From an uncultured Gammaproteobacteria bacterium (GTDB lineage Bacteria > Patescibacteriota > Patescibacteriia > PEXW01): a stretch of DNA of 64,000 nucleotides. How positions within the stretch are numbered: the first letter of the stretch is position 1; each line of letters opens with the position of its first letter. The stretch is taken from NCBI GenBank assembly GCA_964486505.1, contig CAZAMC010000002.1, positions 1,656 through 65,655 on the forward strand, in the 5' to 3' direction. The notes below the pieces were generated by a model that worked only from the letters and a program-made list of their open reading frames with translations, was not told where the DNA came from and did not search any database. The position numbers were made by a program, and so were the translations under genes. Below are positions 7,893 to 16,988 of this stretch, piece after piece.

Positions 7893-9929
7893 ATGGCTAT
7901 GGCCACGTACGTCCTCAAGCGTAAGCCACTTACCGACCTAAAAATTGCCTACAGCCAGGAGCTCAACGCCGAGCAGCTGGACGTGGTTGAGCACGGCGAT
8001 GGGCACGTGTTGGTGCTGGCCGGTGCGGGCTCGGGCAAGACGCGAACAATTGTGTACCGCGTGGCGTGGCTACTGGAGCACGGTATCCGACCCGATCGTA
8101 TCCTGCTGGTGACCTTTACGAATAAGGCTGCCCGGGAAATGCTCACGCGGGTGCAAGAGTTGCTCGGCAACGTGCCCAGCCCAATTTGGGGCGGCACGTT
8201 CCACCACGTGGCCAATCGCATCCTGCGACAGTACGCCAAACTGGTGGGCCGCCAGTCGAACTTTACGATCCTTGACCAGGAAGATAGCCGGAGCCTGATC
8301 AGCGCCTGCGTGGCTGACCTAGACATCGACACCACGCAGAAGCGTTTCCCTGCGCCCAGCGTGCTGCAGAATATGATTTCTTTCTCGCGCAATACCCAGC
8401 GGGACCTTCAGGATATTGTGGCCGAGCAGTTGCCGAATTTCAATCACGTCGCCGAAAAGGTGCAGGCCGTGGCCACGCGGTACGCCGAGCGCAAGGAGAA
8501 GCAGAATGCCATGGACTTCGACGACCTCTTGGTGCTCATGCTGCGCTTACTCACGGAGCACGCCCACGTGCGGGAGAAGTTGCAGGAGCAGTTCCAGTAC
8601 GTGCTCGTTGATGAATTCCAAGATACCAACGCCTTGCAAGGTGAACTCGTCCGGCACCTCTCGGGTAAGCACGGTAATCTTTTGGTGGTGGGGGATGATA
8701 GCCAGAGCATCTACGCCTTTCGGGGGGCAGACATCCAGAACATCTTGCAATTCCCCAAAGATTTCCCCGATGCCCGACAGTTCAAGCTGCAGATGAACTA
8801 CCGGTCACTCCCTGAAATTCTCCACGTGGCAAATGTCGTGATTGCGAATAATCGTGAGCAGTTCCAGAAAGAATTGCAGCCGGCTAGGCCCAGTGGGGAC
8901 AAGCCGCAGCTCGTGCCGTGCCGTGACGACAATCAGGAGGCGGCGTTCATTGCGCAGCGCGTCCTTGAGATGCAGGAGCAGGGGCTGAAGCTCGCCAACA
9001 TCGCCGTACTCGTGCGAGCCGTGAGTCACACGCAGACGCTGGAATTCGAGCTCGCGCAGCGCGACATTCCCTACATCGTCCGTGGCGGTTTGCGTTTTTT
9101 TGAACGCGCACACATTAAAGACGTGATTGCGTACTGCAAACTCTTGGCCAACCCCCAAGATGAAGTGGCATGGATTCGAGCGATGACGCTGCACGTTGGG
9201 ATCGGCCCCAAGACGGCCGCGACGGCGTTCGCGTACAGTCGGGAGTCGGGATCGGACTTGCGTACCCTCGACCTTTCGAAACTGGCCGACAAGCGCTCGA
9301 GCCGCGGGGTCGCTGCTTTCCAAAATGTCCTCACGCAGCTCCTCAAGGTCGGCGTGACTGACGAGAAGAAAGGCGTCACTTTTGCCCCGCAGGACCTCAT
9401 TCGCGTGGTGGCCACGGGTGACTACGTCGATTATTTGCGCAGCCAGTACACGGATGCGAGTGAACGCCTGCAGGACTTGGAGCAGCTCGCGCTCTTCGCC
9501 AGCAAGTACAAGTCGCTCGATAGTTTCCTCTCCGACGTCAGCTTGCAAGAAGCCTTCAGTGCCGGCGCGGTCGGGGGTGAGCAGGATGATGCCATGGTGC
9601 TCTCTACTATTCACCAGGCAAAAGGTTTGGAGTGGGAAGCGGTTTTTGTGCCGCGCCTCGTAGAAGGTGGTTTCCCGAACGCTCGGGCCCTGGATGAAGA
9701 TGGCGGGACCGAAGAAGAACGACGGCTCTTCTACGTGGCGGTCACGCGGGCCAAGACGTTCCTGACGCTCACATACCCGCTCGTGATAAACCCCACGGGT
9801 TCCATGATTCTTACCCGGCCTTCCCGTTTTGTAGACGAAATTCCCGCCAGTTTTGTCGAGCGCGTGGACGTGCAGGAAGAGCAGGCGAGTGGGGATTGGG
9901 ACGGGACCGATCGGATTATCAACTTGTAG
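7893..9929 (+). CDS. ATP-dependent DNA helicase, UvrD/PcrA/Rep family
   Basis: LNAEQLDVVEH..VLVLAGAGSGKTRTIVYR (motif I), VLVDEFQDTN (II), VVGDDSQSIYAFRGA (III), LSTIHQAKGLEWEAVFV (V), LFYVAVTRAK (VI). Confidence 0.9.
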   Translation: MAMATYVLKRKPLTDLKIAYSQELNAEQLDVVEHGDGHVLVLAGAGSGKTRTIVYRVAWLLEHGIRPDRILLVTFTNKAAREMLTRVQELLGNVPSPIWGGTFHHVANRILRQYAKLVGRQSNFTILDQEDSRSLISACVADLDIDTTQKRFPAPSVLQNMISFSRNTQRDLQDIVAEQLPNFNHVAEKVQAVATRYAERKEKQNAMDFDDLLVLMLRLLTEHAHVREKLQEQFQYVLVDEFQDTNALQGELVRHLSGKHGNLLVVGDDSQSIYAFRGADIQNILQFPKDFPDARQFKLQMNYRSLPEILHVANVVIANNREQFQKELQPARPSGDKPQLVPCRDDNQEAAFIAQRVLEMQEQGLKLANIAVLVRAVSHTQTLEFELAQRDIPYIVRGGLRFFERAHIKDVIAYCKLLANPQDEVAWIRAMTLHVGIGPKTAATAFAYSRESGSDLRTLDLSKLADKRSSRGVAAFQNVLTQLLKVGVTDEKKGVTFAPQDLIRVVATGDYVDYLRSQYTDASERLQDLEQLALFASKYKSLDSFLSDVSLQEAFSAGAVGGEQDDAMVLSTIHQAKGLEWEAVFVPRLVEGGFPNARALDEDGGTEEERRLFYVAVTRAKTFLTLTYPLVINPTGSMILTRPSRFVDEIPASFVERVDVQEEQASGDWDGTDRIINL

Positions 9930-9936
9930 AAAGAGA

Positions 9937-9959
9937 GCCTGTCAGGATGACAGGCTCTG
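9937..9959. terminator. hairpin GAGCCTGTCA-ggat-GACAGGCTC between convergent uvrD-like and ligT-like genes
   Basis: 10-bp stem seen directly; overlaps the 3' end of the minus-strand gene. Confidence 0.45.
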
Positions 9960-10493
9960 CAAACGGGCGGTGGTTTCGGTGGGTGCCCACGGTGCCGTGG
10001 GAGTTTGCCGTTGGTACACGGCCAATTTTGCAATGGTGAAGCGCGTTCCATCGGGCGTGAGTGACTTCTTCAAGAAGTCCAGCGCCGACACCAGCAGCGT
10101 GTGCGGGACCGGGCGGGCGATGGTGACGTGGAACGTCGGTGAAGCGCTCACCAGCGATATGAGCGGCGGGAACATGCCCAGGATATCTTGGCGGGCACGC
10201 ATGAGGCCGGCGCACTCGCACTTGAGGTAGAGGACATTCCCGCCTCGATTCGCGAACGCGCCGTACCCGGCAACGGTGACGGTGCCCCGGTCCACGGGGC
10301 GGCCGTCAATGCGCTCCAGGTCCTCGTCGGTGAGGAGGTGGGCGACGGGCTCGACAACCGTAATGTGTGGAGGGATTTTGGAATCAATCAGGCGGAGCTG
10401 CGGGAATTTTGCGCGGAAGGCGCGGCGCAGCGCGAGAACGTCCCGGGCGAATTCGTCTGGCACAAGCCCGACAACAATCGTTTGGTACGCCAT
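9942..10493 (-). CDS. 2H phosphoesterase superfamily (LigT-like 2'-5' RNA ligase/cyclic phosphodiesterase)
   Basis: Two H-x-T-x motifs (HITV, HVTI) about 80 aa apart in a roughly 183-aa protein; start chosen at MAYQ, 10 nt after GGAGG. Confidence 0.75.
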   Translation of the reverse strand: MAYQTIVVGLVPDEFARDVLALRRAFRAKFPQLRLIDSKIPPHITVVEPVAHLLTDEDLERIDGRPVDRGTVTVAGYGAFANRGGNVLYLKCECAGLMRARQDILGMFPPLISLVSASPTFHVTIARPVPHTLLVSALDFLKKSLTPDGTRFTIAKLAVYQRQTPTAPWAPTETTARLQSLSS

Positions 10494-10561
10494 AGGTGGC
10501 TTTCCTCCGTGAAAGGTAAATGATTTGGTTTTCATGCCTACCCTATCGAGTTGGGTGGGAA

Positions 10562-10590
10562 TGTCAATGCACGGCCTCGTGCGGTAGAAT
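10562..10590 (+). promoter_or_regulatory. promoter TGTCAA-N17-TAGAAT, 6 nt upstream of the ATG at 10597 (leaderless-type)
   Basis: Seen directly. Confidence 0.45.
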
Positions 10591-10596
10591 AGGAGC

Positions 10597-11433
10597 ATGG
10601 CTGACTCCTTGCTGCTCTGGGTCTACGTGGTGTTCATTGCGGCTATTGTCGTTGCGGGAGTGTACCGTAAACTTCGGCGGTTCGTGGGTGACCATGACTC
10701 GAGTGCCGAGCTCCAAAGTCTTGCCACGAGCATTCACGTGCGTGAGTGGGCAAAGCAGCACGGGCTACGGTACTTCAATATTGGCAACCAGCTCCGCCAA
10801 GCTGCGCGGATGGAAGCCAATCGGGAGAAAGATTTTTTTCGGGCTGACCTCGCCATGACCATGGAGGACGATGGTCCGTACGTCGAAGGGGCGGTGCATG
10901 GCCGGAACGTATGGCTCTACGTAAGTGTCGGCCGTCCGCGTCCCGGGAGCTTACACACCATCACCCGCGATCGAGAAGTAGAAGTGCCGACACTGTCTCG
11001 AGCCGGTATGCTGAGCTCATTCTTGAACGGCTCCTCAGGAATGCAAACCGTGCGTCAGGCGCAGCAGGTGCTGTACGCCTGGTGCTTGGAAATTGGCACC
11101 AACCCCATCCCGCACCACCTGCGTATTACCCGGCAGGGTTTGCAGGAGGCAGATGAGCTGGATACGGAGAGTCGGGCCTTTGAAGATCGGTATGACGTGA
11201 ACAACTTTGACGACAGTCTTTCGCTCCAGCTCCTCGACCCGCACATGATCCAGCTCGTTGAGGAATCGCGGGCCGACGCCATCGAATTTTCCGACAGCAG
11301 CGTGGTCATCTACGAACTGAGTCAGCACACCACGACAGCCGTGTTGGAGGCCCTCTTGGCCGCGGGCCTTCGCATTGCTGAGCAAGTTGACCGGAACTAC
11401 CCGTTGAGCAAGTATGCAAAGCATGGAGATTGA
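10597..11433 (+). CDS. hypothetical membrane-anchored protein (278 aa)
   Basis: N-terminal TM LLLWVYVVFIAAIVVAGVY; no recognisable family; its stop overlaps the next start. Confidence 0.5.
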   Translation: MADSLLLWVYVVFIAAIVVAGVYRKLRRFVGDHDSSAELQSLATSIHVREWAKQHGLRYFNIGNQLRQAARMEANREKDFFRADLAMTMEDDGPYVEGAVHGRNVWLYVSVGRPRPGSLHTITRDREVEVPTLSRAGMLSSFLNGSSGMQTVRQAQQVLYAWCLEIGTNPIPHHLRITRQGLQEADELDTESRAFEDRYDVNNFDDSLSLQLLDPHMIQLVEESRADAIEFSDSSVVIYELSQHTTTAVLEALLAAGLRIAEQVDRNYPLSKYAKHGD

Positions 11434-11974
11434 ACTTAAAGCCCGCGTCCGTTCGTTGGCCACACTGCGGCGCGCCTTACGCCAGTTGCACGCGCGGCGA
11501 TCTTCTTCCATCCACCAGGTAGACACCTACTACTCCCCGGAGCGGCGGCCACTCGATAAGCGGAAAGGCTACGTGCTCCGCGTTCGTGCAGAGCCGGGGA
11601 AGCGCCCTGGGCGATTTGAGCTCCACATTCCCAAGAATGCCTACGCTGCCGAAGAGCTGGAACTCACAGTGGATGACGTGCGGCTCCTCCAGAAACTGCT
11701 CCACCTGCTCCGCTTCCGGCGGGAGTTTGTCATCGATAAGCAGCGGGAAACCTACCGGCTCGGCCGTGTCACCATTGCCCTCGACGTCGTGCGCGGACTC
11801 GGAACGTTCGTGGAGGTGGAAATTCTCGGCGCAGATACAGCGGCCAATCGGGCAAAGTTACGCCGGGTCCTCGCCCAGCTCGGTGTCCGTGAGCCGGACA
11901 TGTGCTACAACTTGCACTACCACCAGATGGCCCTCCAGAAGCAGAAACGAAATCCAGCCCGTGCGTACTTCTAA
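11423..11974 (+). CDS. CYTH-domain protein (triphosphate tunnel metalloenzyme, CyaB/ThTPase-like)
   Basis: N-terminal MEIELK (ExExK signature of CYTH), about 183 aa, charged beta-barrel-like composition. Confidence 0.65.
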   Translation: MEIELKARVRSLATLRRALRQLHARRSSSIHQVDTYYSPERRPLDKRKGYVLRVRAEPGKRPGRFELHIPKNAYAAEELELTVDDVRLLQKLLHLLRFRREFVIDKQRETYRLGRVTIALDVVRGLGTFVEVEILGADTAANRAKLRRVLAQLGVREPDMCYNLHYHQMALQKQKRNPARAYF

Positions 11975-13259
11975 ACGATCAACATCGCCCGACCTCTTCG
12001 ACGAGCGCATCCAGCGGGACGTAGCGCATTTTGTGCCGTTGGCCGACCGCCTGCGCCCCACGAAGCTTGAGGACTACGTTGGGCAGGATGACATCATTGG
12101 CGAGGGTAAGCTCCTCCGCAAAGCCATTGAGAACGATGAGCTCTTTTCTATTATCTTCTGGGGGCCACCCGGCAGCGGTAAGACCACGCTCGCACGCATC
12201 ATTGCGAACCTCACCAAGTCCCGTTTCGAGCAAATGTCAGCGGTCACCAGCGGCATTGCCGACTTGCGGCGGATAGTGGAGGCGGCCGCTGAGCGCCGGA
12301 AGTTTCACGGCGAGCGCACCATTCTGTTCGTTGATGAAATTCATCGGTGGAATAAGGCGCAACAGGATGCATTCTTGCCTGCCGTCGAAAACGGCACAGT
12401 GGTTCTGATCGGTGCCACCACGGAGAACCCGTCGTTCGAGGTCATTAGTCCGCTGCTCTCCCGCTCGCGCGTGTTCGTGCTCAAACGTCTGGGCGTGCCC
12501 GAGCTTTCCAAAATTGTGAAGCGCGCCCTCGCGGACAGCGTCGTCGGCCTTGGGAAAGAGAAAGTGAGATTAGCGGCCAAGGCCCTTGATTTGCTACTGA
12601 GTGCAGGCAATGGTGATGCGCGCACTGTGCTGAATGCCTTGGAAATTGCCGTGAAAGCTGCGTCGAAAGACAAAACTGGCGTGAAGCACGTCAGCCTGGT
12701 GGACATGGAAGATGCCTTGCAACACAAGGCCCTGCAGTACGATAAGCACGGCGAGGAGCACTACAACGTTATTTCGGCGTTCATCAAGAGCATGCGCGGA
12801 TCAGACCCCGATGGCGCGCTGTACTGGCTTAACCGGATGGTGGAGGCGGGGGAGGACCCGGAGTTCATTGCGCGGCGCATGGTGGTGTTCGCCTCGGAAG
12901 ATGTTGGCTTGGCCGACCCGCAGGCGTTGCAGGTTGCCGTTGCCGTATTCAACGCCGTGAAACTCATTGGCTATCCTGAGTGCCAGATCACCTTAGGGCA
13001 CGGCGTGGTGTACCTCGCGCTCGCCCCAAAGGACAATACGGCCTACGCCGGCCTGCTCGCAGCCAAGGAGGACGTCCACGCGACCATGAACGAACCCGTG
13101 CCGTTGCACCTGCGCAATGCGGTAACGGATCTGAATAAAAGCCTAGGGTACGGCAAAGAGTACAAATATTCTCACGACTACACGCCGGAAGCAGGGAAGC
13201 AGGAGTACTTGCCCAAGAAGCTGAAAGGGAAGAGGTACTTCAGCCCGAAAGCAAAGTAA
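11961..13259 (+). CDS. rarA: replication-associated recombination protein A (RarA/MgsA AAA+ ATPase)
   Basis: PLADRLRP..L.DYVGQ, FWGPPGSGKTTLARIIA (Walker A), ILFVDEIHRWNKAQQDAFLP, GATTENPSFE, SEDVGLADPQALQ; probable GTG start overlapping the CYTH stop. Confidence 0.85.
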   Translation: MRTSKRSTSPDLFDERIQRDVAHFVPLADRLRPTKLEDYVGQDDIIGEGKLLRKAIENDELFSIIFWGPPGSGKTTLARIIANLTKSRFEQMSAVTSGIADLRRIVEAAAERRKFHGERTILFVDEIHRWNKAQQDAFLPAVENGTVVLIGATTENPSFEVISPLLSRSRVFVLKRLGVPELSKIVKRALADSVVGLGKEKVRLAAKALDLLLSAGNGDARTVLNALEIAVKAASKDKTGVKHVSLVDMEDALQHKALQYDKHGEEHYNVISAFIKSMRGSDPDGALYWLNRMVEAGEDPEFIARRMVVFASEDVGLADPQALQVAVAVFNAVKLIGYPECQITLGHGVVYLALAPKDNTAYAGLLAAKEDVHATMNEPVPLHLRNAVTDLNKSLGYGKEYKYSHDYTPEAGKQEYLPKKLKGKRYFSPKAK

Positions 13260-13303
13260 AACCGACCCGTGAGGATCGGTTCTTCATAACGAGCGAGCGT
13301 TCT

Positions 13304-13996
13304 TTACGGCCGGGCGAGGTCGCCTTTTTCCACGTACTTCGTGATGCGATCCAGCTCCGCCTTGATGAGCTCCAGCGTAACCGGGAAGTGGATGGGGCCT
13401 GCCAAGGGGACGGGCTCCACCGTGAATTCACAGATTTCCTCAAAGCACTTTTTGGCAGTGAGGTAGATTCGCGGCACGTGGTAGGCCGAGGTTACTATCG
13501 TAACCTTGCCGTGCTTGTGGAATGCCTCTCTGAGCGCGGGCGTGTCTGCAATGGTTGTGAACTGCGTTAGGGTATTGCCCACTCGGCGGTTGCCGCAGTT
13601 GATGGCGCGGATGCGCTTGGCCGGATAATACCGTTTCGCCAGCTCAAGCAGCGCGTAGAGCTGCTGCGTTTCAGCGTTAATGTACAGCAGCGGCAGGGTG
13701 TCCTGGTCGAGCTTGGGCGACAGCTTTTTCGGCAATTCGTCGAACCACTCGTCGCCGCTCAGTGCCTTTAGCTTGCAGAGGAATACCCCGAACAGGACGC
13801 GGGCGGTATTTTCTGGGTTATCCTCGACATGCTCTGCATCAGAGAGCGTCGGCGGAGCCGAGACCACCATAACCGCGTCGCCGACGATTGCTGGATTATC
13901 AATGTCGTCAGCTCCGATTCGGGCCGCATCTTCCAGTGTCGTGGCAAACATTTCCATGATCGTCGCCAGCTCTTGGTTGGTTACCGTACTTGTCAA
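13304..13996 (-). CDS. DUF218 (YdcF/ElyC-like) domain protein
   Basis: VTIVTSAYHVPRIYL matches the conserved VTS..H.pR core of DUF218. Confidence 0.6.
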   Translation of the reverse strand: MTSTVTNQELATIMEMFATTLEDAARIGADDIDNPAIVGDAVMVVSAPPTLSDAEHVEDNPENTARVLFGVFLCKLKALSGDEWFDELPKKLSPKLDQDTLPLLYINAETQQLYALLELAKRYYPAKRIRAINCGNRRVGNTLTQFTTIADTPALREAFHKHGKVTIVTSAYHVPRIYLTAKKCFEEICEFTVEPVPLAGPIHFPVTLELIKAELDRITKYVEKGDLARP

Positions 13997-14071
13997 AGAT
14001 GACCTCCGTAGGTTTGTGGTTGTTTTTCGTAGCCTGGTACCCTATCATTACGTTGGCTGGAGGTCAATCTT

Positions 14072-14434
14072 ATGCCCCAACACCCCAAGAAAGTATTTGA
14101 GAGCAAACGTTCTACCGGCGACCGGATCGCCGGGGCGATTGCGAATTTCACCGGCAACATGCGTTTCGTATGGTGGCACGCATTTCTTTTTGTGCTGTGG
14201 ATTGGCTTGAACCTCCTCGGGGGCGAATATGCCTGGGACCCGTACCCCTTCAACTTCCTCACCATGATTGTATCCTTGGAAGCCATCTTCCTTTCCACGT
14301 TCGTGCTCATTGCGCAGAATCAGGAATCGAAGCGCAACGAGATTCGGGAACAGCTCGACTACGAAGTAAATGTGAAAGCCGAAAAAGAAATTCAGGAAAT
14401 CAAGCAGGCGGTTCAGAAGTTAGGGAAGGAGTAA
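14072..14434 (+). CDS. DUF1003 family membrane protein
   Basis: DRIAGAIANFTGNMRFVWWH...WDPYPFNFLTMIVSLEAIFLSTFVLIAQNQ matches the DUF1003 core (WDPYPF..LN...S...A.....I.M.QNRQ). Confidence 0.7.
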   Translation: MPQHPKKVFESKRSTGDRIAGAIANFTGNMRFVWWHAFLFVLWIGLNLLGGEYAWDPYPFNFLTMIVSLEAIFLSTFVLIAQNQESKRNEIREQLDYEVNVKAEKEIQEIKQAVQKLGKE

Positions 14435-14451
14435 TCATGCATGTGAACGGG

Positions 14452-14480
14452 TTGACCCGGATGGTTTTTTCTGGTATACT
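14452..14480 (+). promoter_or_regulatory. promoter TTGACC-N17-TATACT for the DUF3048 gene (15-nt leader, no SD)
   Basis: Seen directly. Confidence 0.55.
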
Positions 14481-14495
14481 ACGTATTGTTCACAC

Positions 14496-15794
14496 ATGAA
14501 AAATCAAATGCAATACAACGTTCGCGCCGTGCTCCTCAGCGCCGTTCTCTGCGTTGGAATTTTTGCGTTTGCAAACAGCGCATCGGCAGTGGACCGCCCG
14601 CTCATCTATAGCCCTAAAGACGGCAACCTGCTGGACCAACCATTACAAGTGGTCGGGAACGTTCCAGTGAATTCCGTGGTGCGCATTACCGTGAATGGCA
14701 AAGTGCTTACGCGGGTGAATGTCCCTGCACCAAAAGTGAAGAAGGGGAAGAAGGTGCCCGCGACCACGTCGTTCACCTACACGCACAAGAAGACCTTAGG
14801 CACGGGTACGTACACATTTACGTTCCAGACCATTAAGGGGGCAGCCGTCAGTGAACTCACAACGCGAACCGTCACCGTGCCCGCGCAGTGGCGGCGGAAA
14901 GTGGATGGTACGCTTGTGCCAACCAAGGTCTGGAATCAGCTGCCGTACGCCGTCATGATTGAGAATACGCTCGCGGCCCGCCCGCAAGCCGGTTTGAGCC
15001 AAGCCGCCGTTGTGTACGAGACGTTGGCGGAGGGCGGCGTGACCCGCTTCATGGCAATTTTTCCGCAGGCAACGAAGCCCAAGTTACTCGGCCCCGTGCG
15101 TTCCTCCCGCCCGTACTACGTGGACTGGGCGAAGGAGCACGACGCCTTGTATTTGCATGCCGGTGGGAGCCACGATGCCTTTCAGGAAATTGGCCGCTTG
15201 AAAGTCCGCTCTTACGACGGCCTAACGCGTAACGGCGCGAAGTACTATTCCCGAAAATGCTACGGCGTGCACTGCCTGTTTACCAGCGCATCGCAACTCG
15301 ACAAACTCGTAAAGGAGAAAAAGCTCACAACTGTGGCGGCGAAGTCGAGTGAGGGCTGGGCCTTCAAGAATGACGTACCACTCAAAGATCGGCCGAAGCA
15401 CAGCAAGAAGTTGAGCATTGACTTCAACGGTCGGACGTACTTCGTGCAGTGGCAGTACGATCGCAAGTCCAACCGGTACAAGCGCTGGAACGGGTACGTG
15501 GTGGCCAAGGACCGCAACACGGGCAAGCAGATTACCGCCGCCAATGTCCTGGTTATGCGCATTCCCAAAGAAAAAGTGCTCGATCGGAAGTTGCGGTTGG
15601 AGTTCAAGCTCATTGGTCGGGGCGATGCCACGCTCTACCGCGACGGGAACGCTATCGCTCTGCGGTGGTGGAAGAAAGACAAGAATAGCCGGACCATTTA
15701 TTACTCCAAGAGCACTGGGAAGCCAATTGAGTTCAACCGCGGTACAACCTGGGTAGAAGTTGTTCCAGGCACGCGCAGCGTGACGTACAAGTAG
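14496..15794 (+). CDS. secreted DUF3048 (YerB-like) protein
   Basis: Signal peptide then VMIEN..QAGLSQAAVVYETLAEGGVTRFMAIF, characteristic of DUF3048. Confidence 0.65.
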   Translation: MKNQMQYNVRAVLLSAVLCVGIFAFANSASAVDRPLIYSPKDGNLLDQPLQVVGNVPVNSVVRITVNGKVLTRVNVPAPKVKKGKKVPATTSFTYTHKKTLGTGTYTFTFQTIKGAAVSELTTRTVTVPAQWRRKVDGTLVPTKVWNQLPYAVMIENTLAARPQAGLSQAAVVYETLAEGGVTRFMAIFPQATKPKLLGPVRSSRPYYVDWAKEHDALYLHAGGSHDAFQEIGRLKVRSYDGLTRNGAKYYSRKCYGVHCLFTSASQLDKLVKEKKLTTVAAKSSEGWAFKNDVPLKDRPKHSKKLSIDFNGRTYFVQWQYDRKSNRYKRWNGYVVAKDRNTGKQITAANVLVMRIPKEKVLDRKLRLEFKLIGRGDATLYRDGNAIALRWWKKDKNSRTIYYSKSTGKPIEFNRGTTWVEVVPGTRSVTYK

Positions 15795-15795
15795 T

Positions 15796-16197
15796 ATGAA
15801 GAAATATTTGTTTGTCATTTCTGCCGCACTTGTACTGTCTGGCTGTACATTCGGGCAGAAAGTTTCGAATACCGCAAGTGAAGCGGCGAGTGATGCAGGG
15901 ACCCTCGTGAACAAAGCCACGGGCGTAACCGACATTGCAATTAAGGAAGCTGCTGACCAGAAGTTTGCAATTGCTCGGGCCAAAGAATTCTACAGTTCGC
16001 TGCTCGCCCAAGGTGAAGATCTGACAAGTGGCCCTTGCCTAACGGATCGATTGACGCAAGGGTGGGCGGCGGATCTAGTGCACAGCCCCCGCACAACTGT
16101 GGATGACGAGTTCAAGAATCGTTGTCCAAGCGATGTCGCTGGTACGTCTAAAGTCGTAGAATTGGATTTGCAGGGCAACTTTGTGCGGGTGAAGTAG
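15796..16197 (+). CDS. lipoprotein (hypothetical)
   Basis: Signal peptide with lipobox LSGC, 133 aa. Confidence 0.6.
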   Translation: MKKYLFVISAALVLSGCTFGQKVSNTASEAASDAGTLVNKATGVTDIAIKEAADQKFAIARAKEFYSSLLAQGEDLTSGPCLTDRLTQGWAADLVHSPRTTVDDEFKNRCPSDVAGTSKVVELDLQGNFVRVK

Positions 16198-16232
16198 TTT
16201 TCCACAGGGCTGCGTTCAACTGGCTCTCTCCC

Positions 16233-16256
16233 CCCGCAAAAATGCGGGTTTTTTCT
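16233..16256 (+). terminator. intrinsic terminator CCCGC-aaaaat-GCGGG-TTTTTTCTTT after the lipoprotein gene
   Basis: Seen directly. Confidence 0.55.
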
Positions 16257-16285
16257 TTGTTCACGAGGTGATTCCACGCTATACT
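16257..16285 (+). promoter_or_regulatory. promoter TTGTTC-N17-TATACT
   Basis: Seen directly; predicted TSS near 16292. Confidence 0.55.
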
Positions 16286-16291
16286 AGAGAC

Positions 16292-16385
16292 CTGAAGAGC
16301 TTCGCTCTTCTCAACACCAACAACGCCAATACGGCACCCTGCTCATAAATTTCCGCCTTCTCCTCGTGAGAAGGCTTCTTTTTTG
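16292..16385 (+). ncRNA. candidate ~95-nt sRNA or cis-regulatory leader: 5' hairpin GAAGAGC-ttcg-GCTCTTC, CA-rich single-stranded tract, terminator GCCTTCTC-ctcgt-GAGAAGGC-TTCTTTTTTG
   Basis: Promoter plus structure plus terminator read directly; no ATG inside; ends 10 nt before the ATG at 16401. Confidence 0.35.
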
Positions 16386-16400
16386 TGCTAGGGTTTGGCT

Positions 16401-16988
16401 ATGCCTGTGCCCCGCATGCTCACCGTCGCCCGTTTCGCCTTTGGCCTCTGGATTCTGGTGGAGGTGTTGAGTTGGGCGAAGGTGCTCCCCCTGACTCTGG
16501 AATTTACCTGGCTGGGTTTGGTCATCACGGCGGTGGCGGCCTGGGCAGCGGTAGAAGTCATTTCGTGGCGCTTGCGGTTGGTGGGTGCGCGCAGCCTGTG
16601 GGCCGGTACGTTCCTGGCCGTTTTGGTAAGCCAGTGCACGGATGCTTTTGGGGACATCTTGCGTCTGTATGGCACGTATGGCTGGTATGATCAGGCCGCG
16701 CACTTCGTTGGCGGCGCGGTGGTCGCTCTCGTCTTCTTTGACATGTTGTCAGCTCTGCATGATGCGAAGCGCCTGACCATTGGCGTCCGTTTCCGCGGTA
16801 CGTTGAGCGTTCTGGGAGCAATGGCGCTGGGGTCGCTCTACGAACTGGAAGAGTATGGGGAGGACGTGCTTTTCAAGAGCAACCGTTTGGGCACCGCCTT
16901 CGATACTGGGAATGACATGTTTCTCAATACTCTCGGAGCCGTAGTACTCATGTTCTTACTGGTGCGTTACCTCCGGAAGCGACTATGA
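16401..16988 (+). CDS. hypothetical polytopic membrane protein (about 195 aa)
   Basis: Several hydrophobic helices; family not recognised. Confidence 0.55.
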   Translation: MPVPRMLTVARFAFGLWILVEVLSWAKVLPLTLEFTWLGLVITAVAAWAAVEVISWRLRLVGARSLWAGTFLAVLVSQCTDAFGDILRLYGTYGWYDQAAHFVGGAVVALVFFDMLSALHDAKRLTIGVRFRGTLSVLGAMALGSLYELEEYGEDVLFKSNRLGTAFDTGNDMFLNTLGAVVLMFLLVRYLRKRL

